Shown: positions 35,043 to 48,778, counted from the first letter of the whole stretch. The stretch: DNA of 63,392 nt, filler included, from Dimargaris cristalligena (GCA_003614675.1; 4 parts of 4 records of this genome joined end to end with filler, not necessarily neighbours in it); one strand, 5' to 3'. The notes: generated by a model not told the origin, from the sequence alone. Numbers and translations are program-made.

Positions 35043-36157
35043 CCCAGGCAGCCAAGCGTATGAATTATACTGGATTGGTTTTATTTTAAGATGTCTGTAT
35101 TTATTCGGTCTTTACTGTGAGTCTCCGCATCATCATCACACACTAGCACCCTCGTACTCCCCCATCACCTTAGTTACGTGGTGTACTCCCTTTATACTAC
35201 ACATTAGCATATTATTATGAGAATTCATTTTTCTTCTTTCCTCAGTTGGGGCCTCCACAGATTAGGCACCGCATAAAAATCGATTAATAAATCCAGTAAC
35301 ACTGCTTTCCTTACCAATTTTACCTTGAGTGTTTCGACCGCAAGCTAGGCCTATTTAAGGAATCTCTTCTAATACCGGTATGACCATATGTCCTATGTAT
35401 ATTGGGCCTGTAACCCCGACATGCACTGCTTCCACTTACTGGTATCACAACTGTATTAATTTCATAAGTACATTGGTACTCGGTAGCCGGTTTCATTGAC
35501 CCATGTCCATGACTTTGGGACACCATTCAGCAGCTCTTCAAACCGAATAGATTTATATGAATGACATACAGCCACCCCCAACTCAAAACCAGCATGCAAA
35601 TGCAATATTATAAAGATGCCTTGTCCACATACGGATGAAGAGCCTCCTGGCAGTCGGTATTAGAATTACTGTTGAGTTAATATCGCGCATTTTAATCCTG
35701 TTGTCTGTCTGATTCTTGACCATAAACTATTAAATGATGATCTTAATGCTTGGCTCAAATAATTGAAGAGGCCTGCTTCGGTACCGGTTTTTAAGTTGTC
35801 TGGGCCAACAGTGGCCAATTACAGCTCAATTTTTTCTAAAATATCTTGGATATTCTTTGGTGAAATGCACCAATTAAACGAGTGTATCTCCTTTTACATG
35901 CAGCATTATACCCAGGAGTTTTCCCGCTTCATAGGGTGGATCTTAGTTGATCTTCCCCAAGGGGTGTAATTAATTATGTGACAGCGTCTCTTGTTTGGCC
36001 CGTAAGCCCAGGCAAATACTCCAACATGTTTATATTTCGTTACAGGCCAATCCCGTATGTTATACACCCACCCTATTTCCCCTAAACCCCTCCTAAATTG
36101 TATAAATGGACGTGGCCAGCTGACCATAGAGATTATAATAGATATTCTCGCCAGACA

Positions 36158-36299
36158 TATGGGTTAACTCCATTCCAGCTGTGTAAGAGTTTACATAATA
36201 CGTATATGGGATAATATGTGTGAGAAAAACATTTGACTAGTAATGTTTACCTTGTCCAATGGATTTTTCGTTATACAGCCTAGATGAACCCCTCCCATA
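36158..36299 (+). mobile_element. MITE family 1, full copy
   Basis: TATGGGTTAACTCC...GATGAACCCCTCCCATA; shared TCCAATGGATTTTTCGTTATACAG core. Confidence 0.78.
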
Positions 36300-37647
36300 G
36301 TGACCATCGAACCACTCTTTGGAATTCCTATCTATGTATGTCTATATTCATATAGGTCAGTGGCTGCTTTTTTCAACGCTCGTGGATGAATTGCGTGAAT
36401 TGACAGTAACGGAGGCCGTCAATCATACCCCTGTGTATATCCACTGATTACACGATCTCGGTGGCCATACACACTAATCCGGATTTTCTTTAGCCCTTGG
36501 CTTAAGCCTTATGAAGATGTCCTCATAATTGCCCTTATTTTCGACCTGTGTATACTGTGTCCGTCATTTTGTTCTGTTTATTAGCACTCGTCGATTTACA
36601 GTAAATCCGGGTATCCGTTTTAGAAAGTCAACAGATTTAACCAATGGGTAGCTTAACTAACGGGAAACCCGAGCCTGGCGTCGGATGACAACTCATCAGC
36701 TTCTCTGGGGCTACAATCCTGGCTTAGCGGCCTACTTTGAGTTATTATCCCCATTGAACTAGGTTAAAATACTGGATGCTTTGCTCATGGACGAACCAAT
36801 AGGGCCACCCTTCCGGATTACGTATATGCCTCCGCTTTAGTGTTCATCGATTGCCTTGCAGTGGTTCGTCGGCGGCTTCCCGTGCGATTTGCCTCCAACG
36901 GTGAGCATGTTACATATATTTATCTCGCTCATCCCCTGACAATCCCCGTTTCAGCGAACGGGGAGACCACGGCGGAAGATATATTTAGCCGAGTACACCA
37001 ATCGCCGACATTTATGACTGGGCCCGGTCGATGCGGGCTGTTGCCGGGACCTCAAATAGATGGCCTACCCACCAGAATCGTCCATATTACTACCCTATAT
37101 TGTCCTGCTTTAATTCAATCTGTCCAGTCCATCGGATTTACAACCCTCCCCCCTGGATGGAATTGGTTCGGGGACTACCAGGTACCCAATATGGCGAAGA
37201 CAAGGGCCATTGCACCGAACTTTGTGGCTTCCCTTGGCGATTTAACTTGCTGCTCTGTCATCCTCATTGGAGACTTCGGTTAGTTGAACAGTCCACCCCC
37301 CTCCACAAGGAACTTCTACCCATTCGGTATACGGCTCTATCCCTGCCCCCGTTTAAAACTCCTCAGTATAAATACCTCTTGGTCTGGTCGATATTTACTG
37401 TTCGCTCATTACTTTCTCTATTCACATCTGGTACCTAATATTATCGCACACTTCGTATATTGCCTCTTTTTTTTTGTTTAATTTCACATTTGCTTTATAT
37501 TGGGTTCCAGTTGTGTCTTCACCTGTGTTGTATCTAGAATTCGGCCATTTTTTCGGCATTCCAGTGCGTTCTAGCCAATCCTATATCCGACCTTCTTTTT
37601 TATCCAGACCGGTTTTCCGCAAATACCAACTGACATCAGACACCACC

Positions 37648-38634
37648 ATGTTGTCCGGCTTATTTGGTTCCTCTTCGCGGCCCAGGGGCTCGGCTCTTGT
37701 CCTTTCGGGCACTCTACTCCTTGCGATAGCCTTAATCATTAGCCAGCTCGGCTTAACCGCCAGCGGCGCGGCGCTATTCCGTCGGGGTAGTAAAAAGAAG
37801 AGCAAGGGCAGCAGCCAGGAGGTGGCAACATCCATCAGCGCAACCCTACCCTCGACTCGCATAGCCACCCTTTCCGGCCTGCCCGCCAACGCCAAATTGG
37901 CGATTATCGGCGATGTCCACGGGTGTATCAAAGAGCTCAATGCACTAATCGCGGAAATCGGCAAGGAGGTCGCCGGGAAGGTGCATTATATTTTCGTGGG
38001 GGACCTGGTTGCTAAAGGCCCCCAGTCCGCGGAAGTGGTAGCCAAGGCGATTGAGCTCCGGGCCAGCTGTATTCGGGGTAATCACGACCAGCGGGTCATC
38101 TCCAGTCAATACCTGTTGGGACAAGATGAGTCCGCAGACACCCTCGGAACCGCCATGCCCGACGGACTCGATATCAAGGAACAGCACCAGGAGCTGGCCA
38201 AGTCGCTATCCTCCGATGCCCTCGACTACCTCCGCAAGTGCCCGCTGGCGATTAAATTGCCGGCGGAGTTCAAAGGGACCGTAGTCCACGCGGGGGTCAA
38301 CCCGACCCGCAGCCTCAAGGACCAGGCCTCGGTGGACCTCATGACGATGCGCAATATGGACGGGAGTAAGGCCGTGGAGAATACCAAAGACGGGGCCCCG
38401 TGGTTCGAGGAATGGGATCAAGCGGTGGCCAGTGGCAGTATGGGGGCCGATTTCAAGGGCTTCGAGAAAATCTACTACGGTCATGCGGCCGGCCGAGGGC
38501 TCCAAGTGCACGGCAATTCCGTGGGCTTGGATTCCGCCTGCGTTACGGGTGGAAAACTCACGGCGGCGATTCTGCCGGGCGACAAATTGGTGAGCGTTCC
38601 CTGCAAGGCGTACGATAAAAAGGGCGGGGACTGA
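37648..38634 (+). CDS. Metallophosphoesterase of the Ppn2/ApaH-like family (type II membrane anchor); possible vacuolar endopolyphosphatase
   Basis: Motifs IIGDVHGC, GDLVAKGP, RGNHD, VHAG, YYGH, GLDSACV; N-terminal TM; ATG in CACCATG context at 37648. Confidence 0.88.
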   Translation: MLSGLFGSSSRPRGSALVLSGTLLLAIALIISQLGLTASGAALFRRGSKKKSKGSSQEVATSISATLPSTRIATLSGLPANAKLAIIGDVHGCIKELNALIAEIGKEVAGKVHYIFVGDLVAKGPQSAEVVAKAIELRASCIRGNHDQRVISSQYLLGQDESADTLGTAMPDGLDIKEQHQELAKSLSSDALDYLRKCPLAIKLPAEFKGTVVHAGVNPTRSLKDQASVDLMTMRNMDGSKAVENTKDGAPWFEEWDQAVASGSMGADFKGFEKIYYGHAAGRGLQVHGNSVGLDSACVTGGKLTAAILPGDKLVSVPCKAYDKKGGD

Positions 38635-40677
38635 TTTATAATATAATTGGGCTTCCTTTCATGATTGGCTCGGGGCCCTCAATAATGAGGGGGGGTGGGC
38701 CGGCCCCATCACTACTTTCCTCCTCTTCTATTCCCCCCTCCTCTTCCTTCCACTCGCTTTTTTATTTTATTTACTCTATGCCGATTTTGCGCACTCACAC
38801 CAATCCCCCCTATTCGCTCTAAATGACTAGCTATGCGGGACCCATTTCTGTAAACGACTCATTTTAATCCATTTATCTTGTTTCTCCCGTAGCCAGCGTA
38901 TCTCTGTAGAAATACTGCCTGGTTTTCAATTATACCATTGAATTGATTAATTAAAGGAATACCATAAATCCAATATGCCATTGCACCGTGCGCAGTAAAA
39001 TATTGTAGATACAGTGCCTATATGGCTAGGTTGAAACCGGCATTTGGGATAGATACCTCCTCCCCAGTAATCTGGTCACATGCAATGGTATTTTAATAGG
39101 TAAGTTCGCGAATAGGGAGCGTGAAATATAGCAACTGCGACTTGCACTAGGTCCGGTTGTCTAGGAGGTTCGCTGGAGGATAATGATCGAGAAGAGATAT
39201 AGTTTGACTCCCAAAACCACGGAATAATAGTTTCAGTCGTTTACCAGTAATGTTAGATATGATAACCCTCCAGGGAAACACCGAGCAACCATCCATTGCC
39301 TGTGGATTTGCAAATCTAGATACTGTAGCAGGTATACAATAATGCCGTGGAGTTGAATGTGGGATGTTAGGCCTGCCGATTCTCCCTTGACTAAACTGTC
39401 CAGCGTCCCTTTTCTTACAATAGAATTACATATGCCCAATAGGTCAAGAGGGATAAAACTATATAATAGACAGCCCATGCCCGTGACATCGAAGGTTGGC
39501 GTACATGAAGGGTAGTTGAACTCAGACGCGGACTAAGTGGTTAGAGGGATGTGGAGAGTGGCCGTTGCGGTTTTGCGGTGGAGGAGAGACGCCCAGCTTA
39601 AGTCAATTTAAGGGCCGACTAACCAGGTTGGCTGGCTTCCGTATGCACTCGATTACGGCAGGTCCTTAGGTAGACTGATTCGGAGGGGGGGTTGGGCCAC
39701 GACGAGCCAATCTACTTGCATGTGGCTTGCAGGCCGACACACACACACTCCTCCCCTGTGACTCCAGCACGGCAGTCATCGAGAGGCGCAGCATATGGGC
39801 TGTAGTACGAACTTATAGCTCGCGCGGGTCACGAAGCCCACACTACCACCCAAGTTCAGAGATATAATATACCCACGAACCTATCCCGAACTTTGGTAGA
39901 AAAAAGGAGGAGGTTCAACACCAAGGGCTGTTGATCCATACTGGCCCGGGAATCAACTGAATAGTAGTGAATGGCTATTTCAGAAGGCGAGAGGGTGTAG
40001 ACTATGAAAAAAACGGGCCCAGAAGGTGAGAAGGAGGCAGTTTTCCATATAAAACCATAACAAAAAAACAGGCCAAGCCCAATCAGCCCTCGGCCAAATC
40101 GGAGCCTGTCCAACGGCAGTGTAGACTGTACATATGGGATAATGGATTTTAATACACACACACGCCAGGCGCGTATTACAGAGCTCTATTTTTACAGCTT
40201 TTTTTCAATCTTTTCGGCCCTATGAAAGATGGCCTTATCAACCCACTACTCAGTCGTTTATCACTTCAATTCTATTGCTGACCTTAGTTTGTCGCTTAGG
40301 TATTGCCTGCTATAGAGATCCCCTATTGATCGCCGAACCCGGAATCCCACACCTTCTCCTCCTCCTTTATTCCTTTGTGACCGCAGCCTTTTTTTACTTT
40401 GAATAGCAAAACCCTCTTCCGCCCGTTCCTCCTGCTATTCAATCGGCCGCTTCTGATTCATACTTCTGAAGCCCGCCTCCGCTCTCTATCCACCGTGCCT
40501 TTTGGCGACATTGCGTTAGGACTTGCAGTGAATCCCCGCTTGTGGGTTGAACGATCTACCATACTCTCTATTAGGCCACTTTTGAACCCCCTTCCTCCCT
40601 AGGTGTTTCATTCCAAGGGAATTACTGGCCCTCCGTATTGTTCTCCCCTCCACCCTAAATAAATATTCACACGCAGT

Positions 40678-42743
40678 ATGGCTAAGCCGACTACGCATAC
40701 TAAACCCCGGCGGGAACCGAAGAAGTCTACCACCCGCCGTGTAACCCCCACCACCAAGGTTCGTTCTTTGCAGCGCGACCAACAAATTAAGCTACGTAAA
40801 GCCTTATCGAAACTCGCCCAAGTCAAATGTGCCGTCCATTCGCAACCTCAACCCGCTTCTACCGTCCTTCCCGTATTGCCCGCTATTGCCACTCTACCCC
40901 AAGGACTCCCCATGCCCCCCATGCCTGTTTTCCGCCCCCTTATACCACCCCCATTCCCCGTCGCTGACTACGGCACCGGAGATAATGCCTCCGAGTCCTC
41001 GGCACCCCAGGCCACTGCCGCCCCCTCCGGGATTCGGCTCCACGTTCGGTTTACCGACGAAGGGACGACTTGCTCCGAGGAGGTGGTGGATACCTGCACG
41101 GCCGCCCTCGAGGCGGTTTACGGCGAGCTCGAAAGTGGCCTGTCCTCAGACATTGAAGAGGACGACCTAGTCTCCGATACTCCTTCGGAAACCGCCCTGC
41201 CGGCTTCCCCCTCCGTTTCGGAAACTCCCTCCGAAGTATCCGCCCAGGACACCGCATCCGATGTCCCTTCCGAGGAACCCATTCAGTTTTCCCCCGCCGC
41301 TTCGGAAAGTCCCGAAGAACCCGCACCCGAATCTATGGCCTCCAAATCCTCCCCGACCACCCCGCTGGTTCACACCGTTTTGGGTAATAACGTGGTGATC
41401 ACCTACCACGATCATGGGGACCCCACTAGGCCAGCCAGGCGGGCTCCTAAGCACTACCACTCGCTGTTCCCGATCCAGGCTGCCTATAAAAAACAACAAG
41501 CCGCCCTCGGATTACCCGGTGCCCCCGAACCCCCCTCGCGCAAGTCTCCGGCCAAGAAGCACTCCGTAAGTCTTTCCTAATTGTTTCGGTTGTGGTACCA
41601 TATTCAACAAGCCGCTCTAAAACAGTGCCGCCCATGGAACTAGCCCTATGAAGGGGGTCTTTAACCCTGGGTTATATTAGATTTGGCCGAGTGCCCAATG
41701 GTCTGATCAATTAATAGCACATTTACTAAACCAAACCATTTTTTGGGACATGTTCGTTGGACGGTACGGCACATTAAATCAGAAATCATCGCCGCGAGCG
41801 GCCAAACCAACCGCCAGCCCCGCCAAAGCCTCCACGGGAGCCCAATTCGAGAATCTTCAACCCGTATCGGGGTCTCCCATGATGGGTGACCTGATTGCCT
41901 TTAAAGTAAGTCGACCTTCCGAACAATCTACCCCAAGTAGCCCCGACGCCGAATAAAACCCCCCATTTTCCTCTTTTTGGGCCTCCTACCACAGACCCGG
42001 GTCGAGTCTATAATATATCCCCACAATTAGGCCTACTTCTCTTATGTTTCCATCTTGTGTCCGGTCATTTCTTTGTTTTTTTATTTGATTTTGTTTTTCT
42101 AAAAATAACCAGTTCTTCGTGTTTTTCCTAATATTAGTAGTAATAGTAATCATAATTCCACCCTTTGGCTTTCTAACGTGAATTGCCTGTTTGTGTCCGT
42201 TGACCTATTTTACAGAGTGTGAGGGAAACTGACCCATTATGCTGTCTGCACTCTCTGTCCTCACACAGACTCTGGACTTGGCCCCTGATTATACCCCGAC
42301 TGTTTCCGCGTGGAAGGTAAAAGCGATACATACATGTATTTCCTATGCGTAATGATACTAGTGTGTAATAGTCGAGCTGATGGTGGTACTCAAAAATATT
42401 GGCTTCTCTATTTTTCAGTTAGCTTCTGAATACTAACTAATACCAAGCAATGTATCCCCTCTTTGCGCCTGAACATCCCCAGGAGGCACTAGTAGTCGCC
42501 ATCCAACCGAATAACGGTCAACTTCAGCTGAAGATTCATTCAGCAGAATCCCAACTCCTCCCACCCGCCAATGATGATAGCCCACGTCAGCGGAAAACTA
42601 ACCGCCACCTGGTTATCACTCCTCCGGCGAACGATATTCGTATCGATGTAGTCAATCCCGAACCGGAAGCTAACGGGCTATTTCATATGACCATCGATAG
42701 CCTTATGGACCTACGCGTAGTGCGCACCGCGGCTACCAACTAA
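40678..42743 (+). CDS. Coilin-like protein (C-terminal Tudor-like domain); exons 40678-41565, 41783-41905, 42269-42316, 42483-42743
   Basis: Phase-0 GT-AG introns give PMMGDLIAFK-TLDLAPDYTPTVSAWK-EALVVAI, the coilin C-terminal signature; basic N-terminus and acidic/Pro-Ser low-complexity middle. Confidence 0.72.
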
Positions 42744-43345
42744 CCAGCGGCCAACATATCAAATACCCATTTGCTGCGATATGAAGGACGTATTATCCGT
42801 TCTTTCATTTCGCCATTTACAAGCCAACGCCTATATCACCTCCCCAACCTCTCCTTCATCTGTTATTAGCACTATTTGCATAATCATTAAAGTTGTTTAA
42901 AGTGTCTACCCGCTCGGGTCTAAGTCTACAGCCAATCCATTGACAGAGTAGGGTCGGCTAGCCCATTCAGTTTTGCAGATAGCCCAAAGGACTGATATAG
43001 TGAAATACTGGGCTGGAAGTGTGCTCCCTTTGGATCCTTAGCAATTCCAGTAGCAGGCCCCCCCCCCAACTGGCTACAGTATGTCGGCGGAATCCCCCTA
43101 TAGCAGGATAACTGGCCCAGACTTCGAATAGTCGCCATTCCCTACATTCCTTACCCTTTATTTCCAAACTCAGTCCACTCATGTCTGGATGTTTAAGCAT
43201 TCCATCTCGGACGGCTCCTTATTTCCCTGCAATTTGCCCTTTTAACCATCCTACCACTTCTCTTATATACATATTAATAACCTAAAGCCACTACCCTTTT
43301 CCGCCTTCTCATTCATTGTACACACGTACCCATTTCACATCAACC

Positions 43346-46300
43346 ATGCCCCTAACTCCCGATGTCCAAGTAGCCATCCAAAGCTGGAAAGGTAAACCCC
43401 CACTCTGGAACAGATGCCCGCACTACTCTGCAATAGCCCCCATGGCACACGCATGCTCCCTTGTCCAACGGTCGTGGACCAGTCAGTCGGTGGGCTTTTA
43501 ATGAATGAATGGGTACTGTCCGCAACTCCACATACTTATCATAATATAGCGGGAGGTTCTAACCTTATTGTAACCCCGGTTTAAATATATGCACCATCTC
43601 TCGGCAATCGTTTAGAGGTTGCCCTGGGTGATATCCAGAGTGAGCTGGACAAATACAGCCTCGAGATTGTCGATAATCAAAAACTCACCTTGCAGGGCCG
43701 TAAGAAGCTTGCGGAACAAACCAAAGGTAAGTGTGGCAAGCCTGCTTTGTACCAGGAGGATCTTGCTGACCCCTCTCTATATTAGACGATCAGCAGCCAC
43801 AATCTCTTTACGCGGCTGTCAATGTGCCTGAATTTCCTGGCGACCGCCGTTCCCGATGTTTCGATAACCAACCTAATCACCATGGATGCGGCCACTATAC
43901 TAAATGACACATTAGATTTCCGTAAACAGCCCGATGATCGCAAACTGGCTGAAGTCAAGACCCTGCTCAAAGGTACTGTTGCATAAAATTAAGTATTCTA
44001 AAGGGGCTGCCATTTAAGTCAACTGCATAACTGGCTGAACCTGAATTTCCCCCGACACTATTCGCTTACTAATATTACAAAACCCCCTAACCGGTCTTGC
44101 GCATTTATTTTTATACCTTCGCTGCCGAATGCCGGACCCCACAGCCTACCAGCAGGAGATTGACCAAATGACCCACCGGATGAAGGCCACCGAAAGCGCC
44201 TACCTGGAACTGTACTCCCAAATTGGCCAAGTCCCGGACCCCGTCCCGCTGCTTGACCAGCTGATGTCTGAAAACGAGCGGCTGGGTCAAATCGAATTGC
44301 TGGAATCTGAAAATAAATTGCTGCGTAAGGAGCTCACCGAGGCGGTGCGTAGCCTAAGTAAGGCCAAATCGCAGGAGTCCCAAACTACCAAAATGAAGGC
44401 CCGTTTGGAACAGCTAGAAAGCCAAGTAAGTGGTCTAGCCGTGTTTTCCTGCTGACCGTCTTTCCTTAACCGTACCGGGCCCGCTTGACTCTGTCCCAAT
44501 CGCCAACGAACTATTGGTGTATGGCACTGACATAATCCGGTATAGTATCTGTGTCTAATCTACCTCTTTCACTGATTCTCATACTATTTGGTTAATAATG
44601 GACAGATGGAGACCCAGGTCAAAACCAAAGTGTCTGAGAAAGTGGCTGAAATCCGTAAGGAGACCGAAGACGTTATTCAGCATCTCAAGGACAGGTAAGT
44701 CGAAGTACGAGCATCTCTGATTGACGTCGCATATACCGAACCTTTGATTCGATGGCCTCGCACTGCACCCAATAGTCCAGATATGACTAACATATTAATT
44801 ATGACAATGTATGTTCAACTATCTAATCCTGGGTAAATCTAAATGCATTACTAATTCGATGTTTTCTAGAGAGGTAACCCTTCAGAAGCAGGTTAATACG
44901 GCTAACCGAACATTGGCCCAGCTGCAGAGCTCGCAGGACTCGGTGCAGGCCCAAGTGATGGACAAATACCAGAGCTACGACGAGTCCACGCTAGCCCGCC
45001 TAGCGGAGATGGATATTATTCAGTCGGAACTGGACCGGGCCAATGGCCGCATCATTAGCCTCCAATCCACCAACGACCAGCTGAAGCGGGACCTGGCGCG
45101 CGTGCTACCTCAGGAAGGGGAAGAGACCACCGACTCCACTTCAGATCCCCTTGCGGCAACCATTGAACTTCAGCAAACGGTGGGATACCTCAACCAGGAG
45201 GTCGACCGCCTGAAGCGGGAATTAGCGGGACGGGAAAAGGCGGCAGCCAGCCTGCCCCAGATGGAGGGCCAGCTGAAATCGAAGGACGCCGAAATTAATC
45301 GACTGCAGGCCCAAATGCAGCAGTACGATGATTACCCGAGCCTGAAACGGGAATTGGAGGTCATGAAGGCGGTCGAGTTCTCACTGAGTAGCTGGGACGC
45401 CCCGGATACCCGGACCAGCGAATCTACCAACGAGGCACAGCAACTCTCGGTCAACGACAGCCTGGAAAAAATCCTGCTCGAGACCAACAAGCGCCTGCAG
45501 TCCGAGGCTACCCATTTGAAAGTAAGTCTTTCTAAACTGAGCAATTACTTGCTATTCGGATGGGCGAAACTACACCCAAGAGATTGGGCTATGTTTTGCC
45601 CTATTATAGATACCCCTCGAATTGATAAGCTATATCGCCTTGCTGGGGTTTGTTTGCAGGCCAGTCTAAGGATATTATTGCCCTAAAAAATATCATGTAT
45701 ACATAATTGCATATATGTGAATATTAATTGATATATATATTTACTTTGGTGCGTACATTTTACTACAATAGAACGAGTTGATGGACCGGCGTCAAGAGTA
45801 TGAGCAAATCGACCGCGAACTTGCCCAGACTAAACACCAACTGGCGGAGAAGAATACACTGGTGGCCAGCTTGGAGGATGATCTAATGAAGATTCAAGAA
45901 CCCGACTCCACGGACCCCTTCACCAGTTTTTCCCCCATGGGTTCGGCCGGCCCTAATTCGCCCGCCCGCGGTGGCACCGATCAGGGTAGTTTAGGGCTGA
46001 GCAAAGGCCAAACCTTGGCTTCGTCCACCCCGCTTGTTCGAAGTGTGGCCTCACCCACCGTATCCCGGAATCCATCACTGAGTGCACTGTCCGTCAGCGG
46101 GGGAGGGGGTCGATCCAGTATGGATTTAACCGTTGGCAATAATGCGACTAACAAATCGCCCATGATTCAAATCATTGCCGGCCAACGGGATCGACTGAAG
46201 CAGCGTGTGCATGAGCTCGAAAATGTAAGTATATCTCCTTAAATTGGGGAATACAGTAGGTTATGAGCCGATTAAAGCTATTCGCCTAGATATATGTATA

Positions 46301-47289
46301 TGGACGTGTACTTGTCGCTTGGATGCTTCCTTTATAAGTCTAGCGAGGAACAAGGGGCTGCATTGCGACCGAGATCATCGATCCCTATGGCACGCTTTTA
46401 ACCCAATGTATATTTATTTATTTACCTTGTAACCAATACTCCCTTTTCCCTAATATTTAGGATGTCGTGCGCGCCAAGAGCGAAATGGCCGACTTGAAAA
46501 TTGAGCTGTCGACTCTGAAGGAAGATAACATCAAATTGTATGAAAAGATTCGCTATATGCAGACCTACCAGACCGATCCATCCCAATTTGTAAGTTCCAT
46601 ATTGAGATATTGTAAATTATAGCACCCCTTCTATTTATAGGATTACTGGGTATATACCCTAATTAGGATTACCAGATACATTCTACTGCCATCCCGGAAA
46701 TGATATTAATTTGGGCTAACTAACTACATATGTGCACATTGTCAAATTTACGGCCTTTCAGCACCAAACCACCGTGGATGTCTCAGGTCAACGGAGCGAT
46801 GCCCAACTGTCCAATCGCCAGCAACGGGCCGCAAATCATATGTCGTACAATGCCAATAATAGTTCATTGATCGATGACGAGGAAAGCGGGTTTGAAATGG
46901 CCCCTTACGGGCGCTCTTGCGGCGAGGGTCTCCTAGGGAGCAGCGACTCAAATTCCAAGGGCTCGACCTGTGGCCAACGCTCGGGCAAGTCGGTTATGTC
47001 GACCGTAACTCGTAAATACCGGGAAATCTATGAAGCGGCCAAAAACCCCTTTGAAATCTTCCAACAGCAGGAGTCTATGCGTCACTACCGGTCCCTCAAT
47101 GCGGCCGACCGCGCTACCCTGAACTTAGGCAGGCTGCTATTAACCAATAAGGTGGGCCGCATCTTCCTCATTGTGTACACCCTATGCCTGCATCTCTACG
47201 TGACGTTTATGGTGTACCGCGGTATGACGGCCCATGAAACGAACTGTGATCAGGTTAAGGTTACCTACCCTACCTCACCGGATGCCTAG
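43346..47289 (+). CDS. COY1: Golgi coiled-coil membrane protein CASP/Coy1; 9 exons (43346-43391, 43616-43726, 43916-43972, 44145-44425, 44606-44694, 44870-45521, 45772-46224, 46461-46589, 46762-47289)
   Basis: Cux/CASP N-terminus (GRKKLAEQTKDFRK...LLKAYQQEID...VPDP), IIAGQRDRLKQRVHELE, LKEDNIKLYEKIRYMQTY, KYREIYEAAKNPF, and a C-terminal TM with YTLCLH; all junctions GT-AG. Confidence 0.92.
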
Positions 47290-47336
47290 GCGGCCTGAGG
47301 CCATAGCGGGAAGCGGGCATTCCTTTCAATACTATA

Positions 47337-47477
47337 TATGGGAGATATTAAGTCAGGCTATGTAACGTAAAAACCCTTTTGATGAGGTAAATGCTACCAG
47401 TTAAACCTGATTACCCCGTCACTTTTCACCTGGTATATATTGTTGAACCTCTGTCCGGTGGCTCTTTCACGGCATTA
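47337..47477 (-). mobile_element. MITE family 1, diverged inverted copy just 3' of COY1
   Basis: TATGGGAGATATTAAGTCAGGCTATGTAACGTAAAAACCCTTTTGATGAGG resembles the reverse complement of the family's right end; the far end is degenerate. Confidence 0.5.
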
Positions 47478-47545
47478 ATGTACGAAACCGTGGAGTCCGG
47501 AGCCCCATTAAAGTGCAGAGGGGGGGTGCTATTAGGTTATTTAGT

Positions 47546-47645
47546 NNNNNNNNNNNNNNNNNNNNNNNNNNNNNNNNNNNNNNNNNNNNTTAATTAATTA
47601 ANNNNNNNNNNNNNNNNNNNNNNNNNNNNNNNNNNNNNNNNNNNN
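47546..47645. other. Artificial contig spacer
   Basis: N-TTAATTAATTAA-N, 100 nt. Confidence 0.98.
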
Positions 47646-48532
47646 TAAATGACTTTGCTTTATTGGAGGTTTTAAATTCTTTGTGGAACGGATTATCAGT
47701 CCCATTCCAGTGAAAGTCGCCACCAATATATTGCCAGTCGAGCTAGTCATCGGGTCAGCGAGAGCATAGCGAGGTGAGGGAAAGTACCCACATGCTGGTT
47801 ATTGTTCTCTCGAGTGATATTATGGCGATGGATAGGGGAGGACGATGGTGCGTAATCCTCCAGACATTTGGTGTGTATCCTCATCTCATATTACCCTCCG
47901 TTAAATAAGCGGGGATCCTTACTTTATGCTCTTCATAACAAAGCCCCATTTTCCTTTGACACATTGTTAAACAATAGAGGATGGGCCATTTAATTGGCGC
48001 TCATATTGGTTGCCGGGATACTGGTCTATTTTCCAGAGAATATGGTAGAGTGACTCTCCAACCTGCTCTTGGACATGGACAAAACCACCCACAGCTATAT
48101 ACGACTTCGGGTGAAATATAGATGTGACAGTCGAGCGGGAGTTGGTTTTTAACCACCGGGATTCTTTAGCAAATGAGGTTTTCGTATTTTCGCAGAATTG
48201 AACCGATCCCCTAAACAGTCTTTGTACTGGCGGAACGGCGGCAAAACGTCAAGCAGTAACGGGCTTGCTCGCCCCTTGCCTGTGGACATGGGAAGGCCGG
48301 CCCATGCAAGCGGGCAATTCGATAAGTTGAAAATATATAAGACCCGTGGCGACCGTCCTACTCCCACACCGGCATTTCACCAGTTAGAATTACATTTATT
48401 TCCCATTTAGCCATCGATATCCCACTACGTATAGCTCCATAGACTTCATTACCCGACTTAATAGTCTACTAGCTCCACTTCGAATACCCCATCCCCCACT
48501 CTCCCCCAAATTTTTCCTACCCCATTCTTTCC

Positions 48533-48778
48533 ATGCTACTCAACATGAACTTTTCCTTCGTTTTCGCCGTTTTACTCGCCATTATTGCCGTCGCTAGCCA
48601 AGTACATGGTGCACCAGTCTCTGGTTATGTTGAAAGTTTAGATAGCAATGGTTTTTCTGTGTTTAAAAAAGCACCCCCCGCCCCTAGATCCGGACTTCAA
48701 AAGGTTAAGGATTCCTTGGTGGGAGTTGCTAAAAAGGGTATTCATAAAATTGCAGGTGTTTTCGGTAAGAAGAAATAG
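48533..48778 (+). CDS. Small secreted cationic peptide precursor B (81 aa)
   Basis: Classic signal peptide ...FAVLLAIIAVASQVHG|AP, short propeptide, then GLQKVKDSLVGVAKKGIHKIAGVFGKKK; TATATAA at ~48334 upstream. Confidence 0.75.
   Translation: MLLNMNFSFVFAVLLAIIAVASQVHGAPVSGYVESLDSNGFSVFKKAPPAPRSGLQKVKDSLVGVAKKGIHKIAGVFGKKK

Noticed and set aside
15806-47645. Regular ~15.87-kb periodicity of TTAATTAATTAA and apparent gene neighbourhoods across it
   Set aside because: Artificial spacers joining size-sorted contigs; VAC7 and SEC5 are cut at the joins. No cluster can be inferred across them.
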